The notes under the pieces are model-generated. The model was given only the letters and a program-made list of their open reading frames with translations, was not told the DNA's origin and made no database searches. Made by a program: the position numbers and the translations under genes. Below are positions 9,257 through 19,207 of a DNA stretch of 64,000 bases, in pieces (within the stretch, counting starts at the first letter, position 1; every line of letters starts with the position of its first letter). Source of the DNA: a virus (Duplodnaviria > Heunggongvirae > Uroviricota > Caudoviricetes). The stretch lies in the IMG/VR virus record IMGVR_UViG_3300037466_000352; one strand, 5' to 3'.

Positions 9257-10313
9257 TTTGTACATTGACGTGAAGTACGTTAGCTTCATCGCTTCACGTC
9301 TTCAGAATTTCAAGAAGAAGGACGCTAATCTCTGGAATTGTCGCTGTCCAATTTGCCTCGATTCGAAGACAAACAAAACGAAGGCGCGTGGTTACATATA
9401 CATGCGCGAACAGCGATTGTTCTATCTCTGTCACAATTGTGGCGCATCGATGTCCTTTGGCAACTTCCTCGAATCAGTCGATCCGGTTCTTTATGGTGAG
9501 TACCGACTGGAAGTGTGGCGCGAGAAGAACCAGACGCGCGTTGATCGATCACCTGCCAAGCCACAGGAAGAAAAGGAACCGGACGTAGACCTCTTCAAAA
9601 CGTCTACAGCAACCCGGCTGAAGGCGAAGGTGTCGATCCCTCAACCGACTCTTCTGGACAGCTTGATGGACCGGCTAGACACACTGCCGTTCGATCATGA
9701 AGCTGTGGTCTATGCGATGAATCGGAAGATACCAGAAGACCAGTTGCACAAGATGTATTTCATCCCGAACATGCTGAACATCGTTCAGTTGAACAAGGAC
9801 AAGTACAAAGACCGTATCAAGACTAACGAACCGCGCATCGTCATGCCGTTCTATGACCTCAAAGGACAACTGACCGGCGTCACATGTCGGGCGATCCGTG
9901 GCGAGAAGTTGCGGTACGTGGTCGTCAAGGTGAAGGACGATGCGCCCTTGATCTTTGGTATCAACGACATCGACCGTACGAAGAAGGTGTATGTGGTCGA
10001 AGGTCCGATTGATTCGATGTTCGTTCCAAACTGTATCGCTGTTGGTGGCACGTCGATGGGTAAAATTCGATCCCTTGGTCTGAAGGACACAACCATCGTG
10101 TTCGATAATCAGCCGCGCAACAAGGACGTGTGTCGGATTCAGGAACAGGCGATCAACAGCGGATCAAACGTGGTCATATGGAATCCACGGATCGCACAGA
10201 AGGACATCAACGACATGGCGATGGCTGGTATCGACTACATGAAGGAAATCGATACACGGACCTTCTCTGGGCTACAAGCAAAATTAGAATTCAATGAATG
10301 GAAGAAATGCTGA
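9249..10313 (+). CDS. DNA primase (T4 gp61 / DnaG-like; zinc-binding domain plus TOPRIM)
   Basis: 354 aa. CRCPICLDS...CHNCG zinc ribbon. TOPRIM YVVEGPIDSMF and DNQPRNKD. Confidence 0.8.
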   Translation: MSSLYIDVKYVSFIASRLQNFKKKDANLWNCRCPICLDSKTNKTKARGYIYMREQRLFYLCHNCGASMSFGNFLESVDPVLYGEYRLEVWREKNQTRVDRSPAKPQEEKEPDVDLFKTSTATRLKAKVSIPQPTLLDSLMDRLDTLPFDHEAVVYAMNRKIPEDQLHKMYFIPNMLNIVQLNKDKYKDRIKTNEPRIVMPFYDLKGQLTGVTCRAIRGEKLRYVVVKVKDDAPLIFGINDIDRTKKVYVVEGPIDSMFVPNCIAVGGTSMGKIRSLGLKDTTIVFDNQPRNKDVCRIQEQAINSGSNVVIWNPRIAQKDINDMAMAGIDYMKEIDTRTFSGLQAKLEFNEWKKC

Positions 10314-10510
10314 ATCATAAGCATATAGAAATCCGTCACATCACGACAGAAGAAGATGGTGACGAGTATAACAGCATCGAAATCTACATCGATGGTATGT
10401 TGGCGCAGACGTTCAACCGAGACGCAAGAGTTGACATCGATGCAGAATCAGAAGCTTGGCTTAGTGCGGTATGTTACCTGTGTCCAGGTATTACGTGGGA
10501 ATACACATGA
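10298..10510 (+). CDS. Hypothetical small protein
   Basis: 70 aa ORF overlapping the primase 3' end. Confidence 0.4.
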   Translation: MEEMLNHKHIEIRHITTEEDGDEYNSIEIYIDGMLAQTFNRDARVDIDAESEAWLSAVCYLCPGITWEYT

Positions 10511-10692
10511 ACCTGTGCGCATGTATGGGACCGATCAAGGGCGAACCATATTGTCCTTGTAAGATGCAGACTCTAGGTCTTCGAATAGCCGAGGACTACG
10601 AATGGTCTGCCGAAGAAAAGGAAGCGTTCACCAAGGCGCTTGAACAATACGGCTGGAAAACAGATGCAAGCACGAATCATCAAACACTTTGA
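10507..10692 (+). CDS. Hypothetical small Cys-rich protein
   Basis: Trimmed to ATG 10507 (MNLCACMGPIKGEPYCPCK). ATGA overlap with the previous ORF. Confidence 0.35.
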   Translation: MNLCACMGPIKGEPYCPCKMQTLGLRIAEDYEWSAEEKEAFTKALEQYGWKTDASTNHQTL

Positions 10693-10912
10693 ACGCGACG
10701 AAGAAAGTGGCCGTCTTCTCACCGATAGTGACTACCACTATGTCACGGTAGAGATTCACGGCCACAAGGTCAAGAACTACGGCGACTACTACCACGAAAA
10801 AGGCTTCGAGCGAGCACAGGCATTCATCGAAGGCTACGCACACGCCATCGGAATGACCAAAGGCGTCAGCATCATGTATAGCGAAGCGGAAGTTGAGTAT
10901 GGGCACGCCTGA
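10664..10912 (+). CDS. Hypothetical protein
   Basis: Trimmed to the internal ATG (MQARIIKHF...). Confidence 0.4.
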   Translation: MQARIIKHFERDEESGRLLTDSDYHYVTVEIHGHKVKNYGDYYHEKGFERAQAFIEGYAHAIGMTKGVSIMYSEAEVEYGHA

Positions 10913-10923
10913 ATCTGAAAACA

Positions 10924-11277
10924 ATGATCTACTTGCCTCGCTATTCACCGAAGACGATGCAGTTAAGAAGATCAGGGCTATTCTGCCAGAAAAAATGCCG
11001 TCTCCACGTCAGATACATCGTCCCCACTATGGAATGGCGCATGTATTCTGACGTGGATGGCGCAAAAGAAGATTTCCGTCGATACATCAAGACATCGATG
11101 GCAACCTCTATGGGTCATTTGATTCTCGATGAAAAGCCAGACGCCTTCACGGAAAGTTTTGATTTCGATGTCGGCCAAAGATTTGATGGCGAGGCAATCG
11201 TGTTCAGCCCCAAAGAGTGGCGCGAGTTTCAAAACAAGCTGGCCGAAATAATCACTAACACAAGATATAAGTTCTGA
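10924..11277 (+). CDS. Hypothetical protein
   Basis: 117 aa ORF. Confidence 0.5.
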   Translation: MIYLPRYSPKTMQLRRSGLFCQKKCRLHVRYIVPTMEWRMYSDVDGAKEDFRRYIKTSMATSMGHLILDEKPDAFTESFDFDVGQRFDGEAIVFSPKEWREFQNKLAEIITNTRYKF

Positions 11278-12114
11278 ATGACAATTGAAGCAAAAGTAGT
11301 GGCCGACTCGGTATACATGCACCAAGGCAAGCCGCAACGCATCACCACGCTACAACTGCGATATCCCCGCTTCATCCACGCAGAATTCATGACACATCGA
11401 GTATTCTCGCGCAACGCATCATCGTCGCGTGCGATTCCTGTCATGAAGATTCTCGCGTCGATCTGGAAAGACCCGGCGATGCCGATCCATTGGGGCGCAA
11501 ACCAAGCCGGTATGCAAGCCAAGGCCGAACTGTCGGACTTCAAGGCATACGTCGCTGAAAAGCTGTGGCGTGGTGCTGGCAAGCTGGCCTGTGTGTTCGC
11601 CTATGGTATGACCAAGCTTGGTCTACACAAGCAGGTAGCGAACCGCATCACGGAACCGTGGCAGCATATCTCGGTCATCGTCACGGCGACTGAATGGAAG
11701 AACTTCTTCGACCTTCGCGATCACCCGGACGCACAACCCGAGATTCGTGAACTCGCGACGCAGATCAAGATCGCGATGGAAGAGTCCGAACCGGTCGAAC
11801 TTAGTTACGGACAGTGGCACTTGCCATATGTGACTGATGATGAACTATGCACGTATGACTTGCCGACTTTGAAGAAGATTTCGGCGGCACGCTGTGCCCG
11901 CGTCTCATACTTGACGCATGACGGACTGACGCCAGATGTCGAAAAGGACATCGCCCTTCATGACCGTCTTGTTGGTTCGGTTCCGATTCATGCAAGCCCG
12001 GTCGAGCACCAAGCCACACCAACGAAATCCAACAAGTTCTACAAGAATTTCCGTGGTTGGATGCAGTACCGATTCGAAGTTGAAGCACAACAAAACAGCA
12101 AGAAAACACGATGA
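11278..12114 (+). CDS. thyX: Flavin-dependent thymidylate synthase ThyX
   Basis: 278 aa. ThyX signature RHRVFSRNASSSRA (RHRX7-8S). Confidence 0.85.
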   Translation: MTIEAKVVADSVYMHQGKPQRITTLQLRYPRFIHAEFMTHRVFSRNASSSRAIPVMKILASIWKDPAMPIHWGANQAGMQAKAELSDFKAYVAEKLWRGAGKLACVFAYGMTKLGLHKQVANRITEPWQHISVIVTATEWKNFFDLRDHPDAQPEIRELATQIKIAMEESEPVELSYGQWHLPYVTDDELCTYDLPTLKKISAARCARVSYLTHDGLTPDVEKDIALHDRLVGSVPIHASPVEHQATPTKSNKFYKNFRGWMQYRFEVEAQQNSKKTR

Positions 12115-12335
12115 ACGAACAGCTAGAAGAACTCATTCGACTTTCGGCAAAACGTGACCCGGATCATCCAGGGTACAAGTTTTGTGGCGAAGGTATTCGT
12201 ACCCAATACGAAGCTGCACGCAAAGAGGCTATCGAAAAAGGTTTGCCTGGGTTCACCATCTTCTTTATGCACGAAGAGTTGATTTCGAAGAATCATATAG
12301 AAATTTCAATTAAGAAGGCAGTATTCTCAGTATGA
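12111..12335 (+). CDS. Hypothetical protein
   Basis: 74 aa. ATGA overlap with thyX. Confidence 0.45.
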   Translation: MNEQLEELIRLSAKRDPDHPGYKFCGEGIRTQYEAARKEAIEKGLPGFTIFFMHEELISKNHIEISIKKAVFSV

Positions 12336-12688
12336 CAACACGAACAAAAGAAGACCTCGAAGCAGCCGTGAATTCCGCCCGCAACGCACTCGCGTTTGCC
12401 GAGAAAGAACTACTGGAATTCGAACGCAGTCCCAATAACTTCCGATTCGACAACCTTGACGACGCATTCGAACTCGAATGGGAACTACGCGACCGCGCAA
12501 GCGAAGACTGCGAAGGTTCATACAACGTAGGTGATGACGAGTATCGCCAAGAGTTCTATATCGACGATAAGAAGTACACAGCAGTTCTATTCAACATCGA
12601 ATACAACCGCCACGACAAACGATACTACTACGTCGATTACGCGAAGTTCCGTATCGAAGACGAAGATGGCATCATTCACACTCCGTAA
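12332..12688 (+). CDS. Hypothetical protein
   Basis: 118 aa ORF. Confidence 0.5.
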   Translation: MTTRTKEDLEAAVNSARNALAFAEKELLEFERSPNNFRFDNLDDAFELEWELRDRASEDCEGSYNVGDDEYRQEFYIDDKKYTAVLFNIEYNRHDKRYYYVDYAKFRIEDEDGIIHTP

Positions 12689-12944
12689 CGTTCCGACTAT
12701 TGAAGCGTGCCAATTTAGCGACACTACTGAGTTCTATGAATGGGCGCAGGATTGGGGCTTCGATTTCGAAGTCGTGTTTGACCGCGATGATGTTATGAAC
12801 ATCCGGTTTCGTGTCAAACAAACGATGGCCGCTGAAGAGTGGGCTACAGCGAAACCGGGCGATTGGATCATCCACGGTGTGTTCGACTGCTACGTGATGG
12901 ACGATAAGTCGTTTCGTAGCTACTACAAAGCAATAGACAAATAA
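12666..12944 (+). CDS. Hypothetical protein
   Basis: The track ORF 12531..12944 is trimmed to ATG 12666 (MASFTLRN...). Confidence 0.45.
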   Translation: MASFTLRNVPTIEACQFSDTTEFYEWAQDWGFDFEVVFDRDDVMNIRFRVKQTMAAEEWATAKPGDWIIHGVFDCYVMDDKSFRSYYKAIDK

Positions 12945-12945
12945 C

Positions 12946-13383
12946 ATGGCATACGACGAAAGAAAAGAAGTCAGAGCCAAAATCAACAAAATCATTAAAG
13001 AGTACAGAATGAATCAAGCAATCATCGCCGCTGGCAACCTTATCACCAAAGTGTCGCACGACGCATCGCTGGCCGCTGGCTGGTGGCATGACCTGAAGAC
13101 TGGCGAATTGATCGAACCGAATATCGGCGAGAAGTTGTGTCTGGTCCACTCGGAAATCAGCGAAGCGATGGAAGGCGCTCGCAAGAACCTGATGGACGAC
13201 AAGTTGCCGCATCGCAAGATGATCGAAGTCGAACTTGCCGATGCAGTGATTCGTATCGGTGATCTGTGTGGCCGTTTGGGCTTGGACCTCGGTGGTGCAA
13301 TCGCAGAGAAGCTTGAATACAACGCAAATCGTCCTGACCACAAGAAGGAAAACCGTCTCAAGGAAGATGGTAAGAAGTTCTAA
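12946..13383 (+). CDS. mazG: MazG-like nucleoside triphosphate pyrophosphohydrolase
   Basis: 145 aa. LVHSEISEAMEGAR / ELADAVIRIGDL / EKLEYNANR motifs typical of phage MazG. Confidence 0.75.
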   Translation: MAYDERKEVRAKINKIIKEYRMNQAIIAAGNLITKVSHDASLAAGWWHDLKTGELIEPNIGEKLCLVHSEISEAMEGARKNLMDDKLPHRKMIEVELADAVIRIGDLCGRLGLDLGGAIAEKLEYNANRPDHKKENRLKEDGKKF

Positions 13384-13389
13384 TCGGTC

Positions 13390-13396
13390 CTAAATA
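13390..13396 (+). promoter_or_regulatory. CTAAATAG late-promoter-like motif upstream of the spanin genes
   Basis: CCTAAATAGTC. It is followed by a perfect 11-bp stem hairpin (13411-13437). Confidence 0.4.
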
Positions 13397-13410
13397 GTCT
13401 TCCCAATAAA

Positions 13411-13440
13411 GTCAAAGAAAACAGCCTTTTCTTTGACTTT
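13411..13440 (+). terminator. Hairpin (GTCAAAGAAAA-CAGCC-TTTTCTTTGAC), a terminator or 5' leader structure
   Basis: Perfect 11-bp stem, but only a short TTT tail. Confidence 0.5.
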
Positions 13441-13469
13441 ATGAAGATTTTGAACAAACATCATAGACC

Positions 13470-13853
13470 ATGTTCACACTCTCTGAAATCAAATTTGTCG
13501 TTGTGTCGGCTGCACTGATTGGCGCTATCGGCGGTTCGTTCTTCTACGGTCAGCATACGCAGAAGGAATTCGACGGGCTTCTGGAAGCGAAGCAACAGCA
13601 AATCATGCAGACCAAGATCGACGCCGAGACGGATCGCAGGAACCAGATTGCGAATGCTTTCGAAGACAAGCTGGACAACCTGCACATCGTCAACACGACG
13701 ATCAATCGCACGGTGAAGACCGAACTTCAGAAGCAAATCTACACGGACTGCAAACTGCCGGATTCCGGCGTTGCACTTATCAACAATAATGCTGACCTGT
13801 TGAACGCATCACGTCACGGATCGGCATCTGCACCTGTAGCTGCATCCCAATGA
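13470..13853 (+). CDS. i-spanin (Rz-like; N-terminal TM plus periplasmic coiled coil)
   Basis: 127 aa. N-terminal TM (VVVSAALIGAIGGSFFYG), coiled-coil remainder, directly upstream of a lipoprotein gene. Confidence 0.6.
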   Translation: MFTLSEIKFVVVSAALIGAIGGSFFYGQHTQKEFDGLLEAKQQQIMQTKIDAETDRRNQIANAFEDKLDNLHIVNTTINRTVKTELQKQIYTDCKLPDSGVALINNNADLLNASRHGSASAPVAASQ

Positions 13854-14125
13854 AAAAGCTGATCGCATCCCTTGCGATTTGTGCGGCACTGGCCGCGTGC
13901 GGTACTCAACCGCCAAAGCCAGAACTCGCACCTATCGCGACCCCGGCTGATCTGTCGCGTCAGTGCCCGGACCTTCAACACATCGATCCACAAGCAACAC
14001 TTGGCACGGCGATGACGTACATCACAGACCTTCAAAATCAGTACACGGTCTGTGCTACTCGCAATGACTCCCTTCGTGAAGTGACAACCCCCGCGCAACA
14101 ACCGTCAACTTCACAAGGCAAGTGA
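13850..14125 (+). CDS. o-spanin (Rz1-like outer-membrane lipoprotein)
   Basis: 91 aa. Lipobox LAAC-G after the signal peptide. Pro-rich. Overlaps the i-spanin stop (ATGA). Confidence 0.65.
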   Translation: MKKLIASLAICAALAACGTQPPKPELAPIATPADLSRQCPDLQHIDPQATLGTAMTYITDLQNQYTVCATRNDSLREVTTPAQQPSTSQGK

Positions 14126-15132
14126 TGGCAACACCGAACATTCAAAAGAAGACAGAAAGTCTCATTACGCAGTACCCAGAAGTCGAAGCCTTCACTAAGA
14201 AGCAACTCTCGATCTTCTGGCTTCCCGATGAAGTGAAGGCCGAGAAGGACGTTCAAGATGTCCTGGTCAACATGACCGAATCAGAGAAGCATGGCGTCAC
14301 TACAACCCTCAAGCTATTCACGAAGTACGAACTGAAGGCTGGTGCTGACTACTGGACCGGACGGTTCAAACGCCGTTTCCCGCGTCCCGAGTTTCAGGAG
14401 ATGGCCGCGACCTTTGGTATGTTTGAATTGGCGGTTCATAAGCGGTTCTACCAGAAGATCAACGAACTCACGTTCCTACACACGGACGAGTTCTACAACA
14501 GCTATACCGAAGACCCAACTCTCGCAGCACGGATGCAGTTCATTGATGACATCATCTCCGATAAGGACGATCTGGTGTCGCTGGCAGGATTCTCGCTGAT
14601 CGAAGGCGCGATCCTCTATTCATCGTTCGCATTCCTGAAGCACTTTCAGCAGCAAGGCAAGAACAAGCTTCTGAACGTCGTTCGTGGTATCAACTTCAGT
14701 GTTCGTGATGAAAACTTGCACTCCCTGGCTGGTGCATGGGTCTTCACTAAACTACTCGAAGAACTGAACCCGGATGACGGCTATCGTATCGACCTCGAAG
14801 CGAAGGTTCGCGAGATGGCACGTGCTCTGTACGAACACGAATGCCGCATCGTTGACATGATCTTCGAGAAGGGAAACATCCCCGGTATCACAGCACACCA
14901 GTTGAAGAACTTTGTGATGTCTCGCCTGAACGAATGTCTGAAGAACCTTGGCTACGAAAAGCTTGAGAAGGTCGAGTACAACCCGATTGCAGAGTGGTTC
15001 TACAAGGCGATCAACTCGTACACCTTCAACGACTTCTTTAGCGGTATGGGTTCACAATATCACCGCGACTGGAACGAAGACGCCTTCATCTGGAAAACAA
15101 AAGCACAACGAGAAGCAGAGCAAACAGTATGA
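14125..15132 (+). CDS. nrdB: Ribonucleotide reductase class I beta subunit NrdB
   Basis: Ferritin-like R2 (FAFLKH, NFSVRDENLH, EGAILYSS...). Start taken at ATG 14125 (TGATG overlap); the track gives GTG 14122. Confidence 0.85.
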   Translation: MATPNIQKKTESLITQYPEVEAFTKKQLSIFWLPDEVKAEKDVQDVLVNMTESEKHGVTTTLKLFTKYELKAGADYWTGRFKRRFPRPEFQEMAATFGMFELAVHKRFYQKINELTFLHTDEFYNSYTEDPTLAARMQFIDDIISDKDDLVSLAGFSLIEGAILYSSFAFLKHFQQQGKNKLLNVVRGINFSVRDENLHSLAGAWVFTKLLEELNPDDGYRIDLEAKVREMARALYEHECRIVDMIFEKGNIPGITAHQLKNFVMSRLNECLKNLGYEKLEKVEYNPIAEWFYKAINSYTFNDFFSGMGSQYHRDWNEDAFIWKTKAQREAEQTV

Positions 15133-16826
15133 GCCAGAACATCTATGAACAACTAAGCGAAGAACGCAAGCAACTTCAAACAGAAGGTCTTGTTCCAGAA
15201 TGGTACACGACCGCCGGTTGGCAGATGTTCAAAGACAAGTACATGTACGACACCACGCATGTACGCGGACAATTCGAACGCATCGCCAACACGGCTGCGT
15301 CACATCTTCCGACACACATGGTTAGTGAAGGCCGTGAGTGGTTCTTCAAACTGTTGTGGAATGGTTGGTTGTCACCATCGACACCAGTCCTTGCCAACAC
15401 TGGCACGAATCGAGGCATGTCCGTTTCGTGTTCGGGTGGAAAGATCGGAGACAGCGTGTACGACTTCTACAAGCACAAGCTTGAAGTTGCGATGTTGACG
15501 AAGAACGGTTTTGGCACGTCGGGCTACCTTGGTGGCATCCGCCCGCGTGGTTCGAAGATCAGCACGGGCGGAAAAGCGTCTGGTGTCCTCGATGTCTTCA
15601 CTGGCATCATTGACGACATGCGCAAGATCGCACAAGGTACGGCACGTCGCGGCGCATACGCGGGCTACCTTGAAGCCGATCACGGCGACTTTGATGAAGT
15701 GTGCGACTTCATCTATAACAACCCAGACGATGCGAATATCGGCTGGGTCATCACGGACGAATTCGTTGCACGTCTGGAAGATGGTGACGTAGATACGCAC
15801 CGTCGCTTCCGCAAGATGCTGAAGCTGAAGATGGTGCATGGCAAGGGATACTTCTTCTTCGTGGACAAGGCCAATCGCCATCGTCCCGAGATGTACAAGC
15901 ACTACAACCTGTTCATCAACAACAGCAACTTGTGTAGCGAAATCATGCTGTTCAATGATGAAGACCACACGTTCACATGCGTGTTGTCGTCGATGAACGT
16001 GGCGAAGTTTGACGAGTGGAAAGGTACGGACGCGGTGTATTGGGCGACGATCTTCCTCGATTGCATCGCAGAGGACTTCATCAAGAAGGCCCGTAACGTT
16101 CCCGGCCTCGAAGCTGCTGTTCGCTTCACCGAGAAAGGTCGTGCGCTTGGTCTAGGTCAGTGTGGCTTCCACACGTACCTGCAACAGAACATGATTGCGT
16201 ACGAGTCATTCGAAGCGCACATGAAGAACCTCGAAATTGCGAAGCACATCTGGGACGAAAGTCTGCGTGCTTCGCAATTCATGGCAGTCGAACTTGGCGA
16301 ACCGGAATGGTGTAAGGGATACGGCGTTCGCAACACACACCGCATTGCAATCGCGCCTACGAAGTCTACGGCGAACCTGATGGGCGGTGTGAGTGAAGGT
16401 ATCAACCCGGACCCGGCGTTCGTTTATACGGCCTCTGGTGCAGCCGGTGAGATGGATCGTATCAACCCGATCCTTCTGAATCTGATGAAGGAACGTGGTG
16501 TCTACACCAAGAAGGTCGTTGCAGACATCTCAGACAAACAGGGTTCAGTGCAACACGTCACGTGGTTGAGTGAAGAAGAGAAGGCCGTGTTCAAGACGGC
16601 ATTCGAAATCAACATGAAGGCACACGTGCGGATGTGTTCTACCCGTGGCCGATACGTTGACCAATGGCAAAGCGTGAACATGTTCTTTGCAGCCGAAGAA
16701 GACGAAGAGTGGATTGCAGAAGTCCATCAAGACATCTTCCTTGACGAGAACATGTTGGCGTCCTACTACATCTACACCCAAGCAGGCGTTCAAGCTGCGA
16801 AAGGTGAATGCGAAGCGTGTCAGTAA
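15129..16826 (+). CDS. nrdA: Ribonucleotide reductase class I alpha subunit NrdA (short form without ATP cone)
   Basis: 565 aa. Active-site NSNLCSEI, radical-site and C-terminal CEACQ motifs. Confidence 0.9.
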   Translation: MSQNIYEQLSEERKQLQTEGLVPEWYTTAGWQMFKDKYMYDTTHVRGQFERIANTAASHLPTHMVSEGREWFFKLLWNGWLSPSTPVLANTGTNRGMSVSCSGGKIGDSVYDFYKHKLEVAMLTKNGFGTSGYLGGIRPRGSKISTGGKASGVLDVFTGIIDDMRKIAQGTARRGAYAGYLEADHGDFDEVCDFIYNNPDDANIGWVITDEFVARLEDGDVDTHRRFRKMLKLKMVHGKGYFFFVDKANRHRPEMYKHYNLFINNSNLCSEIMLFNDEDHTFTCVLSSMNVAKFDEWKGTDAVYWATIFLDCIAEDFIKKARNVPGLEAAVRFTEKGRALGLGQCGFHTYLQQNMIAYESFEAHMKNLEIAKHIWDESLRASQFMAVELGEPEWCKGYGVRNTHRIAIAPTKSTANLMGGVSEGINPDPAFVYTASGAAGEMDRINPILLNLMKERGVYTKKVVADISDKQGSVQHVTWLSEEEKAVFKTAFEINMKAHVRMCSTRGRYVDQWQSVNMFFAAEEDEEWIAEVHQDIFLDENMLASYYIYTQAGVQAAKGECEACQ

Positions 16827-16827
16827 C

Positions 16828-17214
16828 ATGATCCTTACCCCAGAAAAGTTGATCTGGGTGAAAGCGCCATTCTCGAAAGAGCGTGGCGCTTTTTCGCTTG
16901 CATCGGCGCAACTTGGCGTGCATGTGGATCATCTGGAACACCAGTACGACGATGCTTCACTTCGACCCCTCACCGATATGATATGGCGTCGCCTAGAGAA
17001 CACGAAGTCTTGGACCGTGCGACGCCCGAATGACACCAAACTGGACCTCTCGTCGATGATCGACACCTTCAATGGCGGTCGCATCCCGGCCCCGGTGGTG
17101 ATTGAGTATGTGCGGGACCGGTACTGGATGGTTGCTGGCGAGCAACAGTTGCAGGTTTCCCGAGTATCCGGCATCACTCCCAAAGTTGTTTTTGTTCGCA
17201 CGAACTACCGATAG
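16828..17214 (+). CDS. Hypothetical protein
   Basis: The track ORF 16687 overlaps nrdA, so it is trimmed to ATG 16828 (MILTPEK...). Confidence 0.5.
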   Translation: MILTPEKLIWVKAPFSKERGAFSLASAQLGVHVDHLEHQYDDASLRPLTDMIWRRLENTKSWTVRRPNDTKLDLSSMIDTFNGGRIPAPVVIEYVRDRYWMVAGEQQLQVSRVSGITPKVVFVRTNYR

Positions 17215-17225
17215 TGTGGTATAAT
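17177..17225 (+). promoter_or_regulatory. CTCCCAAAGTTGT box plus an extended -10 promoter (TGG-TATAAT)
   Basis: TGGTATAAT at 17217-17225. Weak -35. The 13-mer CTCCCAAAGTTGT also occurs at 6057 and 41740. Confidence 0.45.
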
Positions 17226-17261
17226 GCGACATCACAACAACGTAGATGATTCGGAAGTACA

Positions 17262-17810
17262 GTGAAATATACGCAATACATCAACCTTGACATGGACGGC
17301 GTTCTCGTCGATTTCGATACGCACTTCCATGCGCTGCATTGCCGTTGGCCGCGCGAAGTAGGCGAAGAGAACTTCTGGAAAGTCTTCGACACCAAGCGTG
17401 ACGGATTCTTCCGCGACTGCCAACCGTTCGAAGGACATCTCGAATTCGTTCAAGCCGTCGAAGAAGTCGCAGAGATGAAGGGCTACGGTGTCCGTATCCT
17501 GACCGCCCTACCACGTCGATCCACGCATCCTCTCGCCGCGCAAGAGAAGCAGGACTGGTGCAACATGCACGGTCTTGGTCACATCGAGATGTGTACCGGC
17601 CCCTATGCCATCGACAAACAGAAATGGGTCGAGCACCCGCACGACATCCTGATCGATGACAAGCTACTGAACATCCAACAGTGGCGAGCTAAGGGCGCTG
17701 TCGGTATCCACCACGAACCGGGCGACTTCATCACGTCGATTCAAAAGCTGCACCAGTTCTCAAGCTTCAAGGATTGCCCGCTGGTCGGTCAGCACGTCCG
17801 TTTTCCGTGA
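17262..17810 (+). CDS. HAD-superfamily 5'(3')-deoxyribonucleotidase-like
   Basis: 182 aa. N-terminal DMDGVLVDF (DxDxV). GTG start with RBS ggaag. Confidence 0.6.
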   Translation: MKYTQYINLDMDGVLVDFDTHFHALHCRWPREVGEENFWKVFDTKRDGFFRDCQPFEGHLEFVQAVEEVAEMKGYGVRILTALPRRSTHPLAAQEKQDWCNMHGLGHIEMCTGPYAIDKQKWVEHPHDILIDDKLLNIQQWRAKGAVGIHHEPGDFITSIQKLHQFSSFKDCPLVGQHVRFP

Positions 17811-18052
17811 AAACCCTAATCTCATACAACGACGAAGGGACACTTGTCCTCTACAACGAGGAAGGTCTGATCGCGGTCATCAAGAAGTGCCCGTGGCAAG
17901 TGGCCCATCTGATCGGTGATGGGATGAAGGAAGCCTACAACATCACCAGGATGAACACGGACAAGTCTCTGTCCGAGATTCTTTCTCACATCAATAATGT
18001 CCCAACTGATTTTCGAGAATGGGCCGACCAACACCCCGGCCAAACTCCCTAA
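17807..18052 (+). CDS. Hypothetical protein (uncertain)
   Basis: Track ORF 17774..18052. Possible GTG start. Overlaps the next gene. Confidence 0.25.
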   Translation: MKTLISYNDEGTLVLYNEEGLIAVIKKCPWQVAHLIGDGMKEAYNITRMNTDKSLSEILSHINNVPTDFREWADQHPGQTP

Positions 18053-18527
18053 TATCGTCTTCCTAGATATTGACGGCGTTCTGTGCAATCCACGTGCTTG
18101 TATAGCGATGGGTGACATAGGCGGCGTATTTTCGTATCTCGATCCGGTTGCCTGTATGTTGGTTCGACGTATCTGCGAAGAGAAAGACGCCAAACTGGTT
18201 ATCTCTTCGTCCTGGCGTATTTTATACGACCGGTTCTCGATTCAGGCGATTCTAAATGCCGCTTGTCCGAAACTAGGTCGATACATGTTCATGGACGAAC
18301 GCTGGTGTACGCCATCTCATAATGGTGGTGACGGGTTTGAGTTCGGACGTGGCCGAGAAATACAGTCATGGATTCGCAACTATTCCGCAGAGTTCAACCG
18401 GTTCGTGATTCTGGACGACGATTCTGATATGGACCCGTATATGGATTCGCTGGTCAAGTGTGACACATACAACGGCATCGGATTTCATGAGTATCAGTCC
18501 GCATGCAAAATTCTGAAAGAAGAATGA
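17997..18527 (+). CDS. HAD-superfamily hydrolase (phosphatase/nucleotidase)
   Basis: 176 aa. VFLDIDGVL motif I. Confidence 0.6.
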   Translation: MSQLIFENGPTNTPAKLPNIVFLDIDGVLCNPRACIAMGDIGGVFSYLDPVACMLVRRICEEKDAKLVISSSWRILYDRFSIQAILNAACPKLGRYMFMDERWCTPSHNGGDGFEFGRGREIQSWIRNYSAEFNRFVILDDDSDMDPYMDSLVKCDTYNGIGFHEYQSACKILKEE

Positions 18528-19000
18528 AACAGAAAATGATCGAAGCGCATATGGATTGCGCTGAACGCTACGCGCGTCTTTCTACGGCACGTCGGCTGAA
18601 GGTCGGTGCTCTTGTGGTGAAGGACGATAGGGTTATCTCCATCGGTTACAATGGAACCGCACCGGGTGCAGACAACAACTGTGAAATCGAACCCGAGAAT
18701 TGGGACGGTGACATCCGCACGCTACGAACAAAGCCCAACGTGATTCATGCGGAATGTAATGCACTGGCGAAGCTGGTACATCAAACCGCTCGGATTGATG
18801 GCAACTACGCAGTAAGCGTGACTACCGTCAACGAAGCTGAAGGTGCTGACCTGTTCTGTAACTTCGCGTGCTGCAAGCCCTGTGCTGAAGCAATGATCGC
18901 GCACGGCATCAAACGGTTCTTCTACCGGTATGCCTATCGAGATACCGAAGGGCTTGACTACCTAGAACAAAACGGCGTAGAAGTCAAACAGATCGTGTGA
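18524..19000 (+). CDS. dCMP deaminase
   Basis: HAECNAL and CCKPCAEAM zinc-binding motifs. Trimmed to ATG 18524 (ATGA overlap). Confidence 0.8.
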   Translation: MKQKMIEAHMDCAERYARLSTARRLKVGALVVKDDRVISIGYNGTAPGADNNCEIEPENWDGDIRTLRTKPNVIHAECNALAKLVHQTARIDGNYAVSVTTVNEAEGADLFCNFACCKPCAEAMIAHGIKRFFYRYAYRDTEGLDYLEQNGVEVKQIV

Positions 19001-19051
19001 CAGCCATAAATATCGTGAAGATGAACCAATGAATAAGGAGAACATCTTCAT

Positions 19052-19207
19052 ATGGCAACCACACATTACGAGTGCAATGAATGCGAGGCAGTATTCGCAG
19101 TCAAGCACACCCTGGACAAGAACTACTATCGTGTCCTCAATTGCCCCTTTTGTGGGTCAGAATTAGACAACGAAGAATACGATGTAGATGACGAAGTAGA
19201 CGAATGA
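19052..19207 (+). CDS. Small zinc-ribbon protein (51 aa), below the track's 60-aa cutoff
   Basis: ATG 19052 with RBS aaggag. CNECE...CPFCG. ATAAATA motif about 40 nt upstream. ATGA overlap with the next gene. Confidence 0.5.
   Translation: MATTHYECNECEAVFAVKHTLDKNYYRVLNCPFCGSELDNEEYDVDDEVDE

Noticed and set aside
16687-16827. N-terminal extension of the ORF after nrdA (track start 16687)
   Set aside because: It overlaps the nrdA C-terminus in another frame. ATG 16828, directly after the nrdA stop, is the natural start.
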